Shown: positions 46,001-59,700, counted from the first letter of the stretch. The stretch: DNA of 64,000 nucleotides from an uncultured Methanosarcinales archaeon (GCA_964534665.1 CAZHRT010000004.1:10956-74955); one strand, 5' to 3'. Notes: a model not told the origin generated them from the sequence alone. Program-made: numbers and translations.

Positions 46001-49000
46001 GTCAGCGGTTTTGATGATTGTTCTAATCTTCAAGATGAATCAAGAATTAATTGTTTAGCAGACAACAAACCAGCATTCACTAGACTAGCTTTAAGTCAAC
46101 CAATAATAAATTCTGAAGGTGGTGTGGTTACATTTAATGCAGACGGTCCAGATGCAAGCACATTACAAGTTTGCATAGGCGATGATCTTTGTTGTCCTAG
46201 TGAGAACTTAAACTTCGAATCAGAAGAAACAACTGCATTAACTACTGTAACAATCAATTCAGAATCTGAAACAAATACTGGTGGAACCATTAAAACAAGG
46301 GAAGATACAGTTATACACCCAGTTGTTTTCTATTCAAAAGATACACGTAAAAATCTTGAACAAGTAAGAGAATCTTACACTTATATTGATGTAGTAGCAC
46401 CAATACCAAATTATAGATTTATACACTCTAATGATTTAACCCACAATTATTTAGAAATGATTGTAACTTCTGATGAATATTTGGATTGTTCTTATGAATT
46501 AGAAAATCAAGAACCACCTCAAATTTCTGAAGATTGGTTAACAGGCCTAAGTAGAGAATTTAAGATAATTTTCCAAGATCCAGGAGATGGAATATATGTG
46601 TTTAATATTACTTGCTATGATGATGTAGAAAATCTTGGCTGGGTATCAGCTCAAACAGAAGTTGATTGGACACAAAATCTTGAAGGCATTAGTGTTACTG
46701 GTCAATCAGTTGGAGGGGAACAAACATATACAACTGATAATGAAATTACTGATAGAATCTTTAATGATAATTCAGTTACTTTCTCATTTACAACAACAGA
46801 CCCAGCAATATGCAATATCCAGAATGGGGTTAATGCACCTAATTGTGAATCATCTGCAGGATGTAATGACTTACAATCAGAAGTTGAAGCGATACCAATA
46901 ACTTCCCAAGATGCAGGACTTGGGACTTATAGTTATGAAACAACAATTAACAATTTAATAAGCGGGACATATGTTATTGGCATAATCTGCGATATGCAAA
47001 ACAGTGCAGAAGAGGATACTGGTGGCATAAGTTTTGCTATAGATACTGTTGGCCCAATAACAACTGCACTTGATGAAAATGGAGAACCTTTTGACTTCTC
47101 ACCAACAAAATGGTATCCAAATGGTGTTAAATTATCTTTAAGTTGTCAAGATGTTTCTTCAGATCCAGCAGCAACAGACCCAAGAGAATATGGTTGCAAA
47201 AATATCTATTACTTTAGAGACACACCTGATGAAAACACTTGTCCAAATAGCTTTTACGAAGACCCTGATTGTGATTGGTTACCTTATAATGGCCAATTTA
47301 CTCTTTTAGATAATTCACAACTTACACAAACACATTATTTGACTTATTATTCAGACGATAACGGGAACAACAAAGAATCAAGAGCAGCTTACGGTTCAGC
47401 TAACGCTAATATTTTGATGCCTATCCAGATAGATTACAGTATGCCTAGTGTCGAGATATTTGAGACAAATGTTTTGGACCCTACCAATGCAGGCATTAAA
47501 AAAGACGGCATATATTATACTAGATTTGACACAACAGCTTTCATAGATGGTAGAGCAATTGATTTATCTGGTAGTGAAACAATATCTGAAGTAAAAATTA
47601 TTGTAACTAATGGTGAAGACACAACAGCATACGATTCAACAGTAAGTCCACAAACAGAAGGCCAAACAACATATTCATTTACACAAACAATTAATATTGA
47701 ACCTGGATTAAACACTGTTTTAGCAATTGCTAAAGATGGGGCAGGTAACCCTGTATCTTTAGAAGAAAATACTGATCTTGATTATGTTGATGGTATTACT
47801 ATAAACAAAGACAAATCTCCACCTGTTTCAGAACAAATAGATATCAAAGAGGTTACAACTGCTGGAGACATAAAAATAGATGATTTATGTTCAACAGCAG
47901 ATTGTGGAAATGCAGAATATGGAAATAATCTTAAATTTGAATGGACAATCTCTGATGCAGGTGTTGGACTTAAGGAAGATAGTCTTTGGGTAACATCAAC
48001 ATGTTATGAAGGGGATTGTATGAATTGTGTTGATACAATATGTAATCCAACGCAAATTACTTTGCCGCTCGAAGATGAATCTAATACTGGCACATTTAAG
48101 GCTATTTATGACACATCAATTAACCCACCTTTAGAAATTGGAAACTATTCATCATATTTTAAAGCAGATGACTTATTGTTAAATCAGATTACACAATTGG
48201 TACATTTTGGAATTGAAGACAATCTGGCCCCAGATATCTTTATAAAATCAAAAACCGAGTCAAGCGAATTTACCTATCCAATAGAAGTAGACGCAAATCC
48301 TAAAACTGTTTACATACCTGAAATTAATATTACAGGTTATACTGATCCTGAAACAGAAGTTGTAATTAGAGTTTGGGATAATCAAAACGAACTTGGCACA
48401 TTGGACGCTAGGGGGACAAGCAATAGTGTAGTTAACCCAGTTTCAGGCTTAGTAGATTTATCAATTAGTAATTTTTATGGGCAAGCACCAACATCTTTGA
48501 TACAAGGCGAATTACCTATTGAAGGAGAATTTACTCTTTATTTTGATGGTGTTGATTATGTAGATACTATTGGTCCAAAAATACAAGTTGGTCAACATAT
48601 TGAATTTAAAGATGCATCTACAGAGGGCGGAATAGTAAGATTTGAAGTTCCAAGATATGAAGTTACAAGTGTTTCTCGAGTAGGAACTTTGTGTGATATT
48701 AATTTTCCTAATTGTGCTACTAGAGTTCAATTTAATCCACCATTAAGAAGTTTTGAGATGTCAAATGGTTGGACAGCAACATTTTATCCAGAAGATGGCG
48801 AAACACCAACTGGTTGGTTTGATATCCAAGTTGATTTACACCCAGACCCTGGACAATATCAACCAAACAAACTTGAAATTGCAGCAATCGACAGTCACGG
48901 CAATCCAGATTATGCATATGGTGGTACAGGGCCTAATGATAAACTAGAAATAGAATATGTATCAGACTCAATAGCAGGTATCACATTAAATTTACCAAAT

Positions 49001-50773
49001 GAAAAATATAATGGTGGTTTAGACAACGAAGTTATATTAGAAAGACAAGCTAATTTTACAATTAAAGTAACAACCGATTGGGCATCTAGTTGTACTATAA
49101 GCCATACAGATGATTCTGTAGCGGACACAATTGTCAGTGCACCAATGACTAATACTTCACCAGAAAAAACAACCCATACATTCCAACCAGATTGTTCATT
49201 AGGTTTCTGCAATTTAGGGGGATTCAACATACATCACAATTATCAAATTACTTGTGCTGCAGACGAACCAGGAATTTTAGACGATAATCTTGATTTATGT
49301 TTTGTTATGGTTAATAATACTAGAACATTAAGTGGAACAGAATATAATCCAATACCACAAGCCATTTGTTTAGGCAATTCATGTAGCGCAACAATAACCA
49401 AATGTACAGACACTGCTGGTGCAGATATTGAAGTAACTACTTGTTCAACATGTAGTCCTGAAGATTCAGATCCTGATTGCATATGTGCATCAAACTGTCA
49501 AAATGCAGGCGACATCAAGGGCTGTGGTGACTTAATAACTGAAAAACCACCATTAAATCTAATTGCTAGAACTGATAATTTACAATATCTTGGAAGTTCT
49601 TTGATTTATCCTCCTGCAAATGTATATGGTTCTGTATTAGAAATAAGTGGTATTACAGAAGCAAATTCAGTTGTAAATATTGTTGTTAGAGATTCAGCAG
49701 GAGTTTTACAATCTGGTTCAGGTGGTTATAATACTAATGCTGCAGGAATATCAAGTAAATTTGCAACTGTTGGAATAATAACTGATTATACCGATTTAAA
49801 TTATCCTGTTAAAGGTGAACAAGAAGTTTATTTAGCTGGTCAAGGAATATTTGATTTATTACCTTCAAATCCAGACCTTGCTTCCAACGAAATATATATA
49901 GAATTTACCAACAATAATGATAGGACAGTATACGAAGTTGAAAGGTATAGAGTTACTTTTAAAGATAGATATGAAGACCTAGCAACAATAATAACTCTTG
50001 ATAAAGAATTAGTTAACGATCAACTCTCAGATGGCGGATCTGCAGAGTTCTATAATGAAAAACATCCTGAAGGCTGGTTTAATAAAACAATTCCTTTAGT
50101 GTCTGGATTAAACAATCTAGAGATTAGAACAACGGCACCAAATGGCATATTCTATGATCATTATTATAGTACTGCTAAAGGTTATACTTCAGATAATTAT
50201 CTGCCAATTAATTCTCTACCTGGGGAAAGTGTTAAGATTTATATCTCTTCACCAGGAATATTCAATAACAACTATGTTTCATACGATCCAGGGTTTACAA
50301 TAACTGCAACAACAACCTACCCTTCAGTTTGTAAGATAAACCATACTAAAGATACAGTTGCTGACGATTTTGAAGTTGTTATGTCTCCAGATGAAAGTTC
50401 AGAAACCCACACATTTACAATTTCTGATTCCTTGTGTAATAATAACACAGATTCTCCTGGGAAATATTGTACTGTTGGTGGATATCAAATCTTCAATAAT
50501 TATAACATAACTTGTGATCCAATTTATGAAGGTATTGAATCCAATTATACAGATATTTGTGTAACTGTTGATAGTATTGCATTAGGTAATGATGATGAAG
50601 GTGGTTTAGGCAATTCATGTGATGCATTTACCCCATTATGTGCAGAAATTACTAATGGTCCAAATTCTTGTTTTACTGGACAAACACCAGGCCCAACCAC
50701 CCCAACTACTCCAACCACCCCAACTACTCCAACCACCCCACCTACTGGGTCACAAGGTACAGGAGGAATTTAA
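43070..50773 (+). CDS. Giant secreted Cys-rich surface protein 2 (2567 aa) with C-terminal Thr-Pro linker
   Basis: Signal peptide MKVKLFIFLGLLLVLSSFVVA|QV, a Cys-dense N-terminal ~450 aa, many Ig-like modules (...SC.I.HT.D.VAD...THTF...), PEGWF module, and a (TTP)n tail (TPGPTTPTTPTTPTTPTTPPTG). Confidence 0.8.
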   Translation: MKVKLFIFLGLLLVLSSFVVAQVPTLGYCLNPAINGQNPEGRYLNLEEHFCKIDAVTVEECCSPTFILYGQPGFPTDVTDCEDNYFDTVLADLPDDIEANCDLGCCFEPGNQDPPFCTERKQGICQALDPGNEFMTGFGPAEVGIGDACYKKDPTTNIVTAFDNKCSYAGAESCSDYTNDGKTVCRQSRCNWCDVTNSCGSTCSDCLDKPLSDDFLCTESQITCRESELNNQPACTAADCKWSVNNCDKSCRPGYTDPDNNGECDLSIDCRTFDDDEQTCLDATTISGTNAGCLWTITGTDSGSCSFECLSTQYVDDGNRVCEESNLCTDGGFVCADACLTVSGHQATLDSQCTTTGYECCEEASPLPQGCCEFSWQCSADINGGTRILKDFNSCHYDSTDEDTVWPCTQECFQESCANDFPINSPNNERALSAGQTHCWCGTQAVPLSSTDYCCDGSTQSEQCGERGSVRGTVINATGDLEENVNILILNTNNQKVGETITDASGNFFVEGLPYSSNVEYIILATKGQYQDLRHPVIFTVIDMTNIELTLILKDVGDCYSQNPPAPNNFDSSPIKGEKKVKLTWDYNYNPEFADCAGLINAIFLYKQVGDGFEYIILPPETTEYIDDGRHFGELNWGSLNEEGEPEYFHQTYDYQIKAHYITGVMSSEETSHFEMGDEICENIYADEEFCCYGSDQYCIPDGQETRMRRNCDENNKISADVNALTHIQNIDGTDVTSSCPPTYQCNGPNTLGETNCFKDVNCEALGNPFGVYYDQLSCYGIANIFEKPFNYCYYDESLTTIDSCQSCTSTTSCFDYKSESACVADSCDASGSYLGPGNCQWQSTFDSLGEGFCYDEDYQGTDYCSLCTDTGTIFNNNDCSQNVCSKLGSCHATEFNSCSACPEQPDCEIFETSTACENANGLDQSFETDNGDYSTCYIDVDQTKPIPTNLIASDDACNVGKCQWDTNNGECIKDSDVSGFDDCSNLQDESRINCLADNKPAFTRLALSQPIINSEGGVVTFNADGPDASTLQVCIGDDLCCPSENLNFESEETTALTTVTINSESETNTGGTIKTREDTVIHPVVFYSKDTRKNLEQVRESYTYIDVVAPIPNYRFIHSNDLTHNYLEMIVTSDEYLDCSYELENQEPPQISEDWLTGLSREFKIIFQDPGDGIYVFNITCYDDVENLGWVSAQTEVDWTQNLEGISVTGQSVGGEQTYTTDNEITDRIFNDNSVTFSFTTTDPAICNIQNGVNAPNCESSAGCNDLQSEVEAIPITSQDAGLGTYSYETTINNLISGTYVIGIICDMQNSAEEDTGGISFAIDTVGPITTALDENGEPFDFSPTKWYPNGVKLSLSCQDVSSDPAATDPREYGCKNIYYFRDTPDENTCPNSFYEDPDCDWLPYNGQFTLLDNSQLTQTHYLTYYSDDNGNNKESRAAYGSANANILMPIQIDYSMPSVEIFETNVLDPTNAGIKKDGIYYTRFDTTAFIDGRAIDLSGSETISEVKIIVTNGEDTTAYDSTVSPQTEGQTTYSFTQTINIEPGLNTVLAIAKDGAGNPVSLEENTDLDYVDGITINKDKSPPVSEQIDIKEVTTAGDIKIDDLCSTADCGNAEYGNNLKFEWTISDAGVGLKEDSLWVTSTCYEGDCMNCVDTICNPTQITLPLEDESNTGTFKAIYDTSINPPLEIGNYSSYFKADDLLLNQITQLVHFGIEDNLAPDIFIKSKTESSEFTYPIEVDANPKTVYIPEINITGYTDPETEVVIRVWDNQNELGTLDARGTSNSVVNPVSGLVDLSISNFYGQAPTSLIQGELPIEGEFTLYFDGVDYVDTIGPKIQVGQHIEFKDASTEGGIVRFEVPRYEVTSVSRVGTLCDINFPNCATRVQFNPPLRSFEMSNGWTATFYPEDGETPTGWFDIQVDLHPDPGQYQPNKLEIAAIDSHGNPDYAYGGTGPNDKLEIEYVSDSIAGITLNLPNEKYNGGLDNEVILERQANFTIKVTTDWASSCTISHTDDSVADTIVSAPMTNTSPEKTTHTFQPDCSLGFCNLGGFNIHHNYQITCAADEPGILDDNLDLCFVMVNNTRTLSGTEYNPIPQAICLGNSCSATITKCTDTAGADIEVTTCSTCSPEDSDPDCICASNCQNAGDIKGCGDLITEKPPLNLIARTDNLQYLGSSLIYPPANVYGSVLEISGITEANSVVNIVVRDSAGVLQSGSGGYNTNAAGISSKFATVGIITDYTDLNYPVKGEQEVYLAGQGIFDLLPSNPDLASNEIYIEFTNNNDRTVYEVERYRVTFKDRYEDLATIITLDKELVNDQLSDGGSAEFYNEKHPEGWFNKTIPLVSGLNNLEIRTTAPNGIFYDHYYSTAKGYTSDNYLPINSLPGESVKIYISSPGIFNNNYVSYDPGFTITATTTYPSVCKINHTKDTVADDFEVVMSPDESSETHTFTISDSLCNNNTDSPGKYCTVGGYQIFNNYNITCDPIYEGIESNYTDICVTVDSIALGNDDEGGLGNSCDAFTPLCAEITNGPNSCFTGQTPGPTTPTTPTTPTTPTTPPTGSQGTGGI

Positions 50774-53700
50774 TGAATAATCTGAACAAAATTTGGATCA
50801 GCATTTTAGTTTTGATTAGTTTGGTAACTACTGTAAATGCTGGTAGGGCTTATTGTTCAGATACAGAATGTCAACAAGTTTGGTTTGATGGATCATATGC
50901 AACTTTAAATGATTCAACACCATCACCCTGGACAAGATTTTATAATGGTGCAACGCCTGTTACTAACCTTGTACAAAACGCCGAACTAACAGTTATCAAT
51001 TACAGGGGGAGTGAAACCATTGCATTACCTTTTGGGGGATTTAATTACCACCACTATTCAGGTTCTTTAAATGCAGATGACCTTTCTTTACATAACTATA
51101 CAATAAAAAATGAAAATCCCTTAGATACTGGAAAATATTTGTTTCATGCAGAACTACAAAGCCCCACAGGCAGGGTACAAACATACGAACTTGGATTTAA
51201 TATTGACGTAACAAAACCAGCAATAACTTCTATTAAAATCAACGATGATTCTTATACTAGCGGCAACAAAGAAGTCGCAATTGACCAACCAATTACAATT
51301 GAGATAACTGCTAATGATAATGATGGCGAAGTTGATATCGCAACAGGCGTACAAGGAATAAATATAACAGAAGGCGCAACAACAATTAATCTTACTAATA
51401 CCACTCCTGCAAAAACAACCTTCACATACACTTTTCCTGCAAACTATTATTCTTCATTAGGTACACACACTTTTACTATCTTAGTTTATGACGAAGTTCT
51501 TAATGTTAATGATGGTCAAACATTTACTTTAGAACTTACTGCAGCAGCACCTATACCCGCAGATATCATTAATATTCCTAGCCCAAGTTATACTAATTTA
51601 AATTCCTTACCTATAAAAGGCACTGCACAACTTGAAGTTGATGTAAATATCAGATCATTATATCTTGAAGGTGGGCAATTACTTTCTACTACTGTTAATC
51701 CTGTAACAGTCCCAATTACACATATTTCAGAGTCGCTTGGAACAGAATTAGTTGTTGACCAACTTGATACAACAACTATTAGAGTTAGTAAAGATACAGC
51801 AGATCAAGTTTTAACATGGTTAACTGAGTTATCTGGTAATGAAAATTTATACATGGAAATTCCTAATCATGATTTAGGTAATAAAGATAGATATCTTGTA
51901 CTTTTTTCAAGACCTGTGACTTCAGAAATTGAAGGGCATTACAACCAAATTACAATACAACAAGATCTAGTTGCTCAACTATCTCCTGGAACCGGAATGG
52001 CTTTCTATAACGAACCAAAACCAGAGGGCTGGTTTGAAACATCAATTCCTTTAGCAATAAATAAATTAAATACTTTAAAGATATCTACATCTAAATTTGG
52101 TGCAGAAACATTCCTTGATGATATCCAAATTATACACGATAGCATTTTACCAAAACAATCACACGAACCATCAAAAACAGACAGCATCACTCCAACAATA
52201 ATTGTTAAGCTTGATGGAACCGGAACCCCAATAAATCAAGACGAAGTTACTTTATCAATAGAAACATTAGGTGTAAACCAACCTATATCTGCTTTTAATT
52301 TGAATTGTAATATTGAAAGCCAACCAAATAATTGTACACTAACTTATCAATTAACAACAACCAGAGGGGCATTCCATAATATAACTGTTAATGCAAATGA
52401 TAGCGCAGGTAATAGGATGGACACATTAACTTGGGAGATAGAAGTAATAGACGAACAAGATGTTACTGCTAAATTTGATATTACTGGTGCAACAACAATA
52501 CCTGGAATACTAAACACCAACTTTACAACAGATAACGCTCCAGAATTTAACTTTGTTTTTTCACAAGAAGTTGAGATTGTATCTGCTGTTGCAACATTTA
52601 ATGAAGATGCACCAGTCATACCACCAATACCAACCCTACCAAATCCAGGTACACTTATTGAATCTAACTTTGTATTCACACCAGATACCACATTTACACA
52701 AGGCAGTTATCAAATTACTGTAACATACAAAATTAGACACGAAGGAACTTCCTTATCAGCAGAATCAAAAACATTTGATTTTGTAGTTGACTTAAATCCT
52801 CCAGTGTTTGACTTAACAAAAACAACAGAACTTTCTGGGACCATAGAAAAGAACGCAGACATTAATATTAGCGCTATTGTAAATGATATCTCTCGAGTTA
52901 ATAGTGTAATAGCAACAATAAACAGTAAAGATTACGATTTACACCCATCAAAAGAATCTAATAATCATACATTAACCATCAAAGAATTTGCAGAAGACCT
53001 AACTTTAGGTACACCTTACACATTAACACTAACTGCAACTGATTATTTTGGTAAAACTAAATCTGAAACAATGACTTTTACTTTAGAAGATCAACAACCC
53101 CCAATTATTAACAAATTAAGTCCCATAAATGTAAATACTGATAATCCAACTATTGTTATAACAACAAACGAAGAAGCTAGTTGTGTGATGACATTTGGGG
53201 CAGCACCACTTCAAACTAGCGACCCAGGAACTTCAACAAGCTATGGTTATGAACATACATTTACACTGTCTGGCCTCATTTTAGGTGAACCAAATACTCC
53301 TTCATTCACATGTACAGACGATTCTTTTAATCCAACAACTGAAGGAGATTTTTCTTATACTTATTCAACAGAAAACACCGAATTAACTATTACTTCGAGT
53401 AATGGTGAAGGTACAGCCCCTGTTTCAATAACCACTTTACAAGATGTAGGGGAAGAAGAAAACATAGTTTCAACCTTAACTGTATCTACAAGCCAAGTAG
53501 AAACTCAATGTTATTATCTTGTTCAAGCTAATCAACCTCTTGAAGCAGATTTTACGTCAGAAAACATAATCAATTCAGGTTTTGCAACAACTCATTCATT
53601 AACAATTAATTATGATGATTTAACTAGTGGCATTGAAGGCACACAATACAATTATTGGTTTTTATGTAAAGACAGATCAGAAACATATGTTGAAGATACT

Positions 53701-56700
53701 TCAATTGGATTACTTATAGATCTTAAACTATCTTTAATTAAATATACACCTATAATAACTAACAGTGAAGATATCGATTTAGAAATAGATGTTGTAAGAA
53801 ATTCCATTTGCAGCTTTAAAACAGGCTCAGATGCATACCAAACATTTAGTCCAAACAGATTAACTCACCATACAACCACCCTTACTGGCTTATCAGAAGG
53901 AACAAATAATTATGGCATTCAATGTTTTGAAGGTGGCACACTAGGATCTTCAGAAGAAAGACAGCAATTTGAATCTGCAATTACTATAACAGTTGACACA
54001 ATAAAACCAAAATTAGAAATCAATTCTTATAATAAAATTACTAGTAGTTCAGCTGTCCAACTATCAGGTACAGCAACAGATACTAACTTAGAAAATGTTA
54101 GTATTACTGTTGGTGAAGGTGATGGCAGCGTATCAACAATTGCAAGATTTACTGGAAGTACTTGGAACGCAAACATTAACTTAGCAGATGGTGATAACCT
54201 AATCACAATCATAGCAAACGACAGTGCTAAGAACATAAATGATACAATTATTACAATAACAAAAGTAACCTCTGGTCCAACACTTCAAAATATGGTTACT
54301 ATTTCTGATTATGTAGGCTCCTCAGAACTTACAGTAATAGGTTATTATAATGTTCCAGATGCAGTAGTTAGTATGTATTTCTTAGAAGATGGTACCGATA
54401 TAAACGGATTGCCTTTGGGCCAGGGTCAAAACCCAAGTGATTTAGGCACAGCCGAATTAGAAGATTTTAACTATCAAAAAACAACTCATACTATAGGCCC
54501 TCAACCAGTTATGGGTTCAACAATCAATATTGCTGGATCTAATATAGACAATAATGAAATACTTGTTTCAGAAACTGACCGTTTAGTTATTAATGATTTT
54601 AAAACTGCAAATGGTGCAGCTTACGCATCTTTTGGAGATGAAAATAACTTACCTGACTTAACTTATTATGAGGTTGATGTAACTCGTCAAGCAGGCTCAG
54701 GAAATAGTGCTCAATACTGGGTTAAATTTATAGACAACATTCCAACTAATATAGATACATTAACTACATTTACCATTCATTCATCTGAAAAACCAACTGG
54801 CTGGTTCAAAACAATTGTAAACTTAAACTCTGATGTTAAAACCTATGTATATCTTACAGCTGAATATTTAACTTTAACAGGCCCAATAACATATTATGAA
54901 ACAGTTTATGATTCTCAAAATCCAACAATCACTAATGCATTACCCCAAGTTATCACAACAAAACTAAATATTCCAATCTCAGCTAAACTTGATGGCACAT
55001 TAAGTCCTGTCGATGTAAATTCAATAGTTCTTACATTAAATGATCAAATTTTCAATAACTGGGAAATTACTGGATTAGAAACAGCGGCAAGTTGCAGTGA
55101 AAATGCAGGGTGTTTATTAGATTGTAACGAAAACATATGTGATCTTGGATTTGCACTAGACTTTACCCCACAAGATACAGAAAATGGTTTTTGGATAGAT
55201 GGGCAAACCTACAAAGTTAATATAAGTTTTAACGACACTGCTAAAAGATTTATTTGGAAAGATTGGGAATTTATGGTTGACACCTCCCAAGTTTCACAAC
55301 CAAACTTTGGCCTTAACAATTCAAAAGTAATTGAAGACAAATACTATACTTCATTAAGCAGACCATCAATAAATGTATCTTATTTAGAAACCGTTGAAGT
55401 AACAAGCCAATCATTAAAACTTGGAGAAGGCATTATCTCTGCAAATATCATAGAAACATATACAGAAGCAGATACTAAATTCAATTACACAATAGATACA
55501 GGCCTTTCTTCTGGAACTTATACTTTCTTGATTGAATCTAAACGCATCTTTGAAGGTGAAGTAAGAAGTGATCCATTAACTCACCCATTTCCATTTATTG
55601 TAGATAAATCTGTCCCAATATTAACCAGCCCTAGCACATTTGAAGGGAACGAAGTTGAGTTTAATTACCAAGGAAATTTAGAAGTTACTGTAACAGATGA
55701 TAGTTTAGTTGATAGTGTTTTTATTATACTTAATGAAGGTACAATCGATGAAATAAAACACAAATTAACATTTACAGAAGGCAATTACAAAATAGCATTC
55801 CAAGACTTGGGTTTACAATTAGACGATAACCCAACAATCAAGTATTGGGCAAACGATACATTTAACCAACAAAATGAAATCACTAGTAATCAAATAACCA
55901 TTGTTGACAAACAACCTCCAAGACTTAGTTTGTTAAGCTCTGAATATGTTGCTACTCATCTACCAACTATTGTTGTAAACACTTCAGAACAAGCAAGTTG
56001 TGAAATGAACATAACTGGAACAACAACTAGGTTAGGAACAACTAGCCAAGGAACACCTCATGCAGACCATGGATTTATCCATGAATTAACTGGTTTAACA
56101 TTTAATGAACTATTTCCAGATGTTTCACAAGAAATAACCCTTGCTTGTAAAGATCCACAAGGAAATTCAGCTTCAAAACCATACACAATTACTTATTCAT
56201 TAACACAAACACAAATAACTTTAACTTCAAACAACGGAGAAGGACCAACATCACCAAATACCTACTCTATTACTGATATATTGGATAGTGGTGATGTAAC
56301 AAATCTTATTATTAATACTGGTATGGTTAACACAGAATGTTTTTACAAAGAAAACGAACTTTTACCTGCTATTGGAGATATAACCCAAAAAATTGAAGGT
56401 GGGTACTCAACTTCACATTCTCAATCAATTACCTTACCTTTAGCAAGAGGAACAAATCAACAAACCTATTCATACCATGTTTATTGTAAAGATATATCTG
56501 GTCAATATGAATCAGAGATTGTTTCAGTTAACCTATTTGTTGATCTAGACTTAAACTTAGTAAGTTATTCACCAGCTTTCACAAATACAGTAGATCCAAC
56601 CTTCTCAATTGATATTGTACGTCCAGCATACTGTGAATTTAAAACAGGAGGTAATGCACCATCAACCTTCCAACGGTCAGCTGACATACACCATTCAACC

Positions 56701-59700
56701 GAATTAAGAAGTTTAAGTGAGGGTTCTAATTTATACAATATTAGATGTTATGATACAATTGCTGGTTACGATTCCTCAGACGAAAGAAATCGTTTTGATA
56801 CTGATATTGACATAGTTGTCGATACAATTAATCCACAATTAACAGTAAATACTTTTAATCAACGAACCGGAGATACACAAGTTTCTTTATCAGGCACATC
56901 AACAGATACTAACTTAGAAAATGTTAGTATTACTGTTGGCGAAAGTGACGGCAGCGTATCAACACTTGCAAAATTCACAGGAAATGATTGGAACGCAAAC
57001 ATTAACTTAGCTGATGGTATAAACATAATCACAATCACAGCAAACGACAGTGCTAAGAATGCAAACACAACAACCATCGCAATCACAAAAGTAGTTTCTG
57101 GTCCAACATTGGTTAATTATGTTCAAATTCCATCTTATACCAATAGTCAAGAACTAGAATTTATAGGTTATATCAGTAGTCCAGATTCAACAGTTAATAT
57201 GTACTTTTTAGAACATGGTGCAAATATTAATCAAGCATTATTAGGTACCGGTATCGAACCAAACACTTTAAATTCTGGCCATCTTGCAACCTACAATTAC
57301 GATCATGCAACTACACCTTCTAGTGAACAATCAATACAAGGCCAAACATTTGATATTGAAAGCAGAAATCTTCCTGATAATGAACTTGAAATATCTGAAG
57401 ATGCACGTAATTATATTGAGCAATTTATTACTGAGAACAGTGCAGCATATTTATCTTTTGGTGATGGAAATAATCTAGCCAATCTTACCAGATATAAAGT
57501 TGATAATACTTTTGATAGGGGTGTTGGTGAAGGCAAAACTTATTGGGTAACTCCAACTGAAATTTTATCTGGCGAATTTAGCGCAACCAGTTTAACTGTT
57601 TATTCAACTGCAAAACCAACTGGCTGGTTTAAGTTAAGCAAAAATCTTAACCCTGAAGTTAAAACTTATGTATATCTCTTTGGAGAAGAGTTTGAAAAAC
57701 AAGGCCAGATAACTTTATTAGATACCTTTTATGATATTACACCACCAACAGGTGCCCACAACCCAACATTAACTGAAATTGTAACACCGACAGTTGAAGT
57801 TGAACTTGACGGCACTAATATTCCAATAAATACAAACTCTGTTGTCTTAAAAGTTGAAGGGTCAGATATTCCTCTTTGTGGAGAGGGGGACTGTTTTAAT
57901 CTAAATTGTGAAAGTGATGACGAAGATCCAAACACCTGTAAACTTTCTTACACATTACCTGAGTCAGAAGCAACCCGTTTAATACATGTTGAAGCAAGCG
58001 ACCGTGCAGGCAACAGTTTATCCCCAGTTTTAGAATGGGATCTAGATTTTGTTGAATTTGTTTCCATAACTCCAGATTTTAAAATGTTTAGTGGTGAAAC
58101 AAGGGTTGATGTTAATATAGAAGGCATTACAAACAAAGTATTCACTGGTACAGACACACCTAATCTTGTTTTTGATTTTAGTTCAGCACCTATTCCTGCA
58201 GAAGATAACTTCAAAGTGATTTCAGCTGTGATTACAGGACCTGATGGTGTTACAGTTCCAACTTTAACTTTTTCTGGCGAAGATACTGGCAAAATTTTTA
58301 CTTATACTTCAACAGCATTTAATTCTGGTGAATATCAAGTAACTTTAACTTATCATCGTGTAAAATCTGGTCAAGAATTAAGTGAACAAACATCCGATTT
58401 TACATTTGTAATCGATCTTGCCGGCCCAAACATAGATTTAGTAACAACATTTGAAAATAATCAAATCGAACAAGATTATGCAGGTAATCTCGAAGTTTCA
58501 GTTACAGATACTAGTAATATTAATAATGTTTATCTTATTGTTGATGACAATGAAGATCCACATTATCCATTAACTTTTAACCCAGAAACTTCAAATTACG
58601 AACTTAATTTCCAAAGTCTTGATTTAAGTTTAAACAGCCATGATATAGATTTTAAAGCATTTGATCAATTTACTAATGGCGATAATGAACCAACTACTTT
58701 TACAATTGTTGACACTCAACCCCCAAAACTTAGTTTATTAAGTTCTGAATATGTACGAGATCCAAGCCCAACAATTGTTGTAAACACTTCTGAACAAGCT
58801 AGTTGTGAAATGAATTATACTGGAACAACAACCCAGATTGATACAACTACTGAAGGGGTTCTTAATCCAATTCATGGCTACCTTCATACTTTTACAGGAT
58901 TAACTTTTGACCCACAAATTACAGATGTTTCACAATCAGTAACCTTTGCTTGTAAAGATTCAGAAGGCAATTCCGCTTCAAAATCTTACTCAATCACCTA
59001 TTCATTAACACAAACAGAAACAACCCTTACATCAAGCAATGGCGAAGAACCAACTTCACCTAATACATATTCTATCACTAATCTAGAAGATGGTGGCGAT
59101 GTAACAAATATCTTAATTGATACTGGTATGGTTAACACAGAATGTTTTTACAAAGAAAACGAACTTTTACCTGCTATTGGAGATATAACCCAAAAAATTG
59201 AAGGTGGGTACTCAACTTCACATTCTCAATCAATTACCTTACCTTTAGCAAGAGGAACAAACCAACAAACATACACTTATTGGGCCTATTGTAAAGATTT
59301 GTCTGGCCAACATGTTTCAGATATTCAACAAATTAACCTTTTCATTGATTTACAACTTTCTTTAGTAAGGTATTTACCAGTATACACAAATAATCCAACA
59401 CCTACACTTTCAATTGATATTGTACGCTCAGCTTATTGTAAATATAAAACTGGTAGTGATGATTATGTTACTTTTAAACCTACTCCAGATAATCATCATG
59501 AAATACAACTCACCACCTTATCAGAAACAACTCACAATTATGATATTCAATGTTTTAAAGAATCATCAGGTTATGATAGTTCATCAGAAAGGGATAAGTT
59601 TGTAACTCCAATACCAATAACTGTTGATACTACCAACCCTGAACTTACAGTTAATAATTATAATGTACGTACTAATCTTAATCAGATTTCTTTATCAGGT

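Noticed and set aside
54027-54236. Minus-strand ORFs 54027-54236, 56859-57086 and 59682-59999 with near-identical translations (…LALSFA.IVI…)
   Set aside because: They are antisense shadows of the ~2.8-kb tandem repeats inside the giant + strand gene. Their periodic recurrence simply mirrors the repeat. The same goes for other short minus-strand ORFs in 35-64 kb (e.g. 52347-52691, 57948-58292, 59987-60325, 61176-61475).
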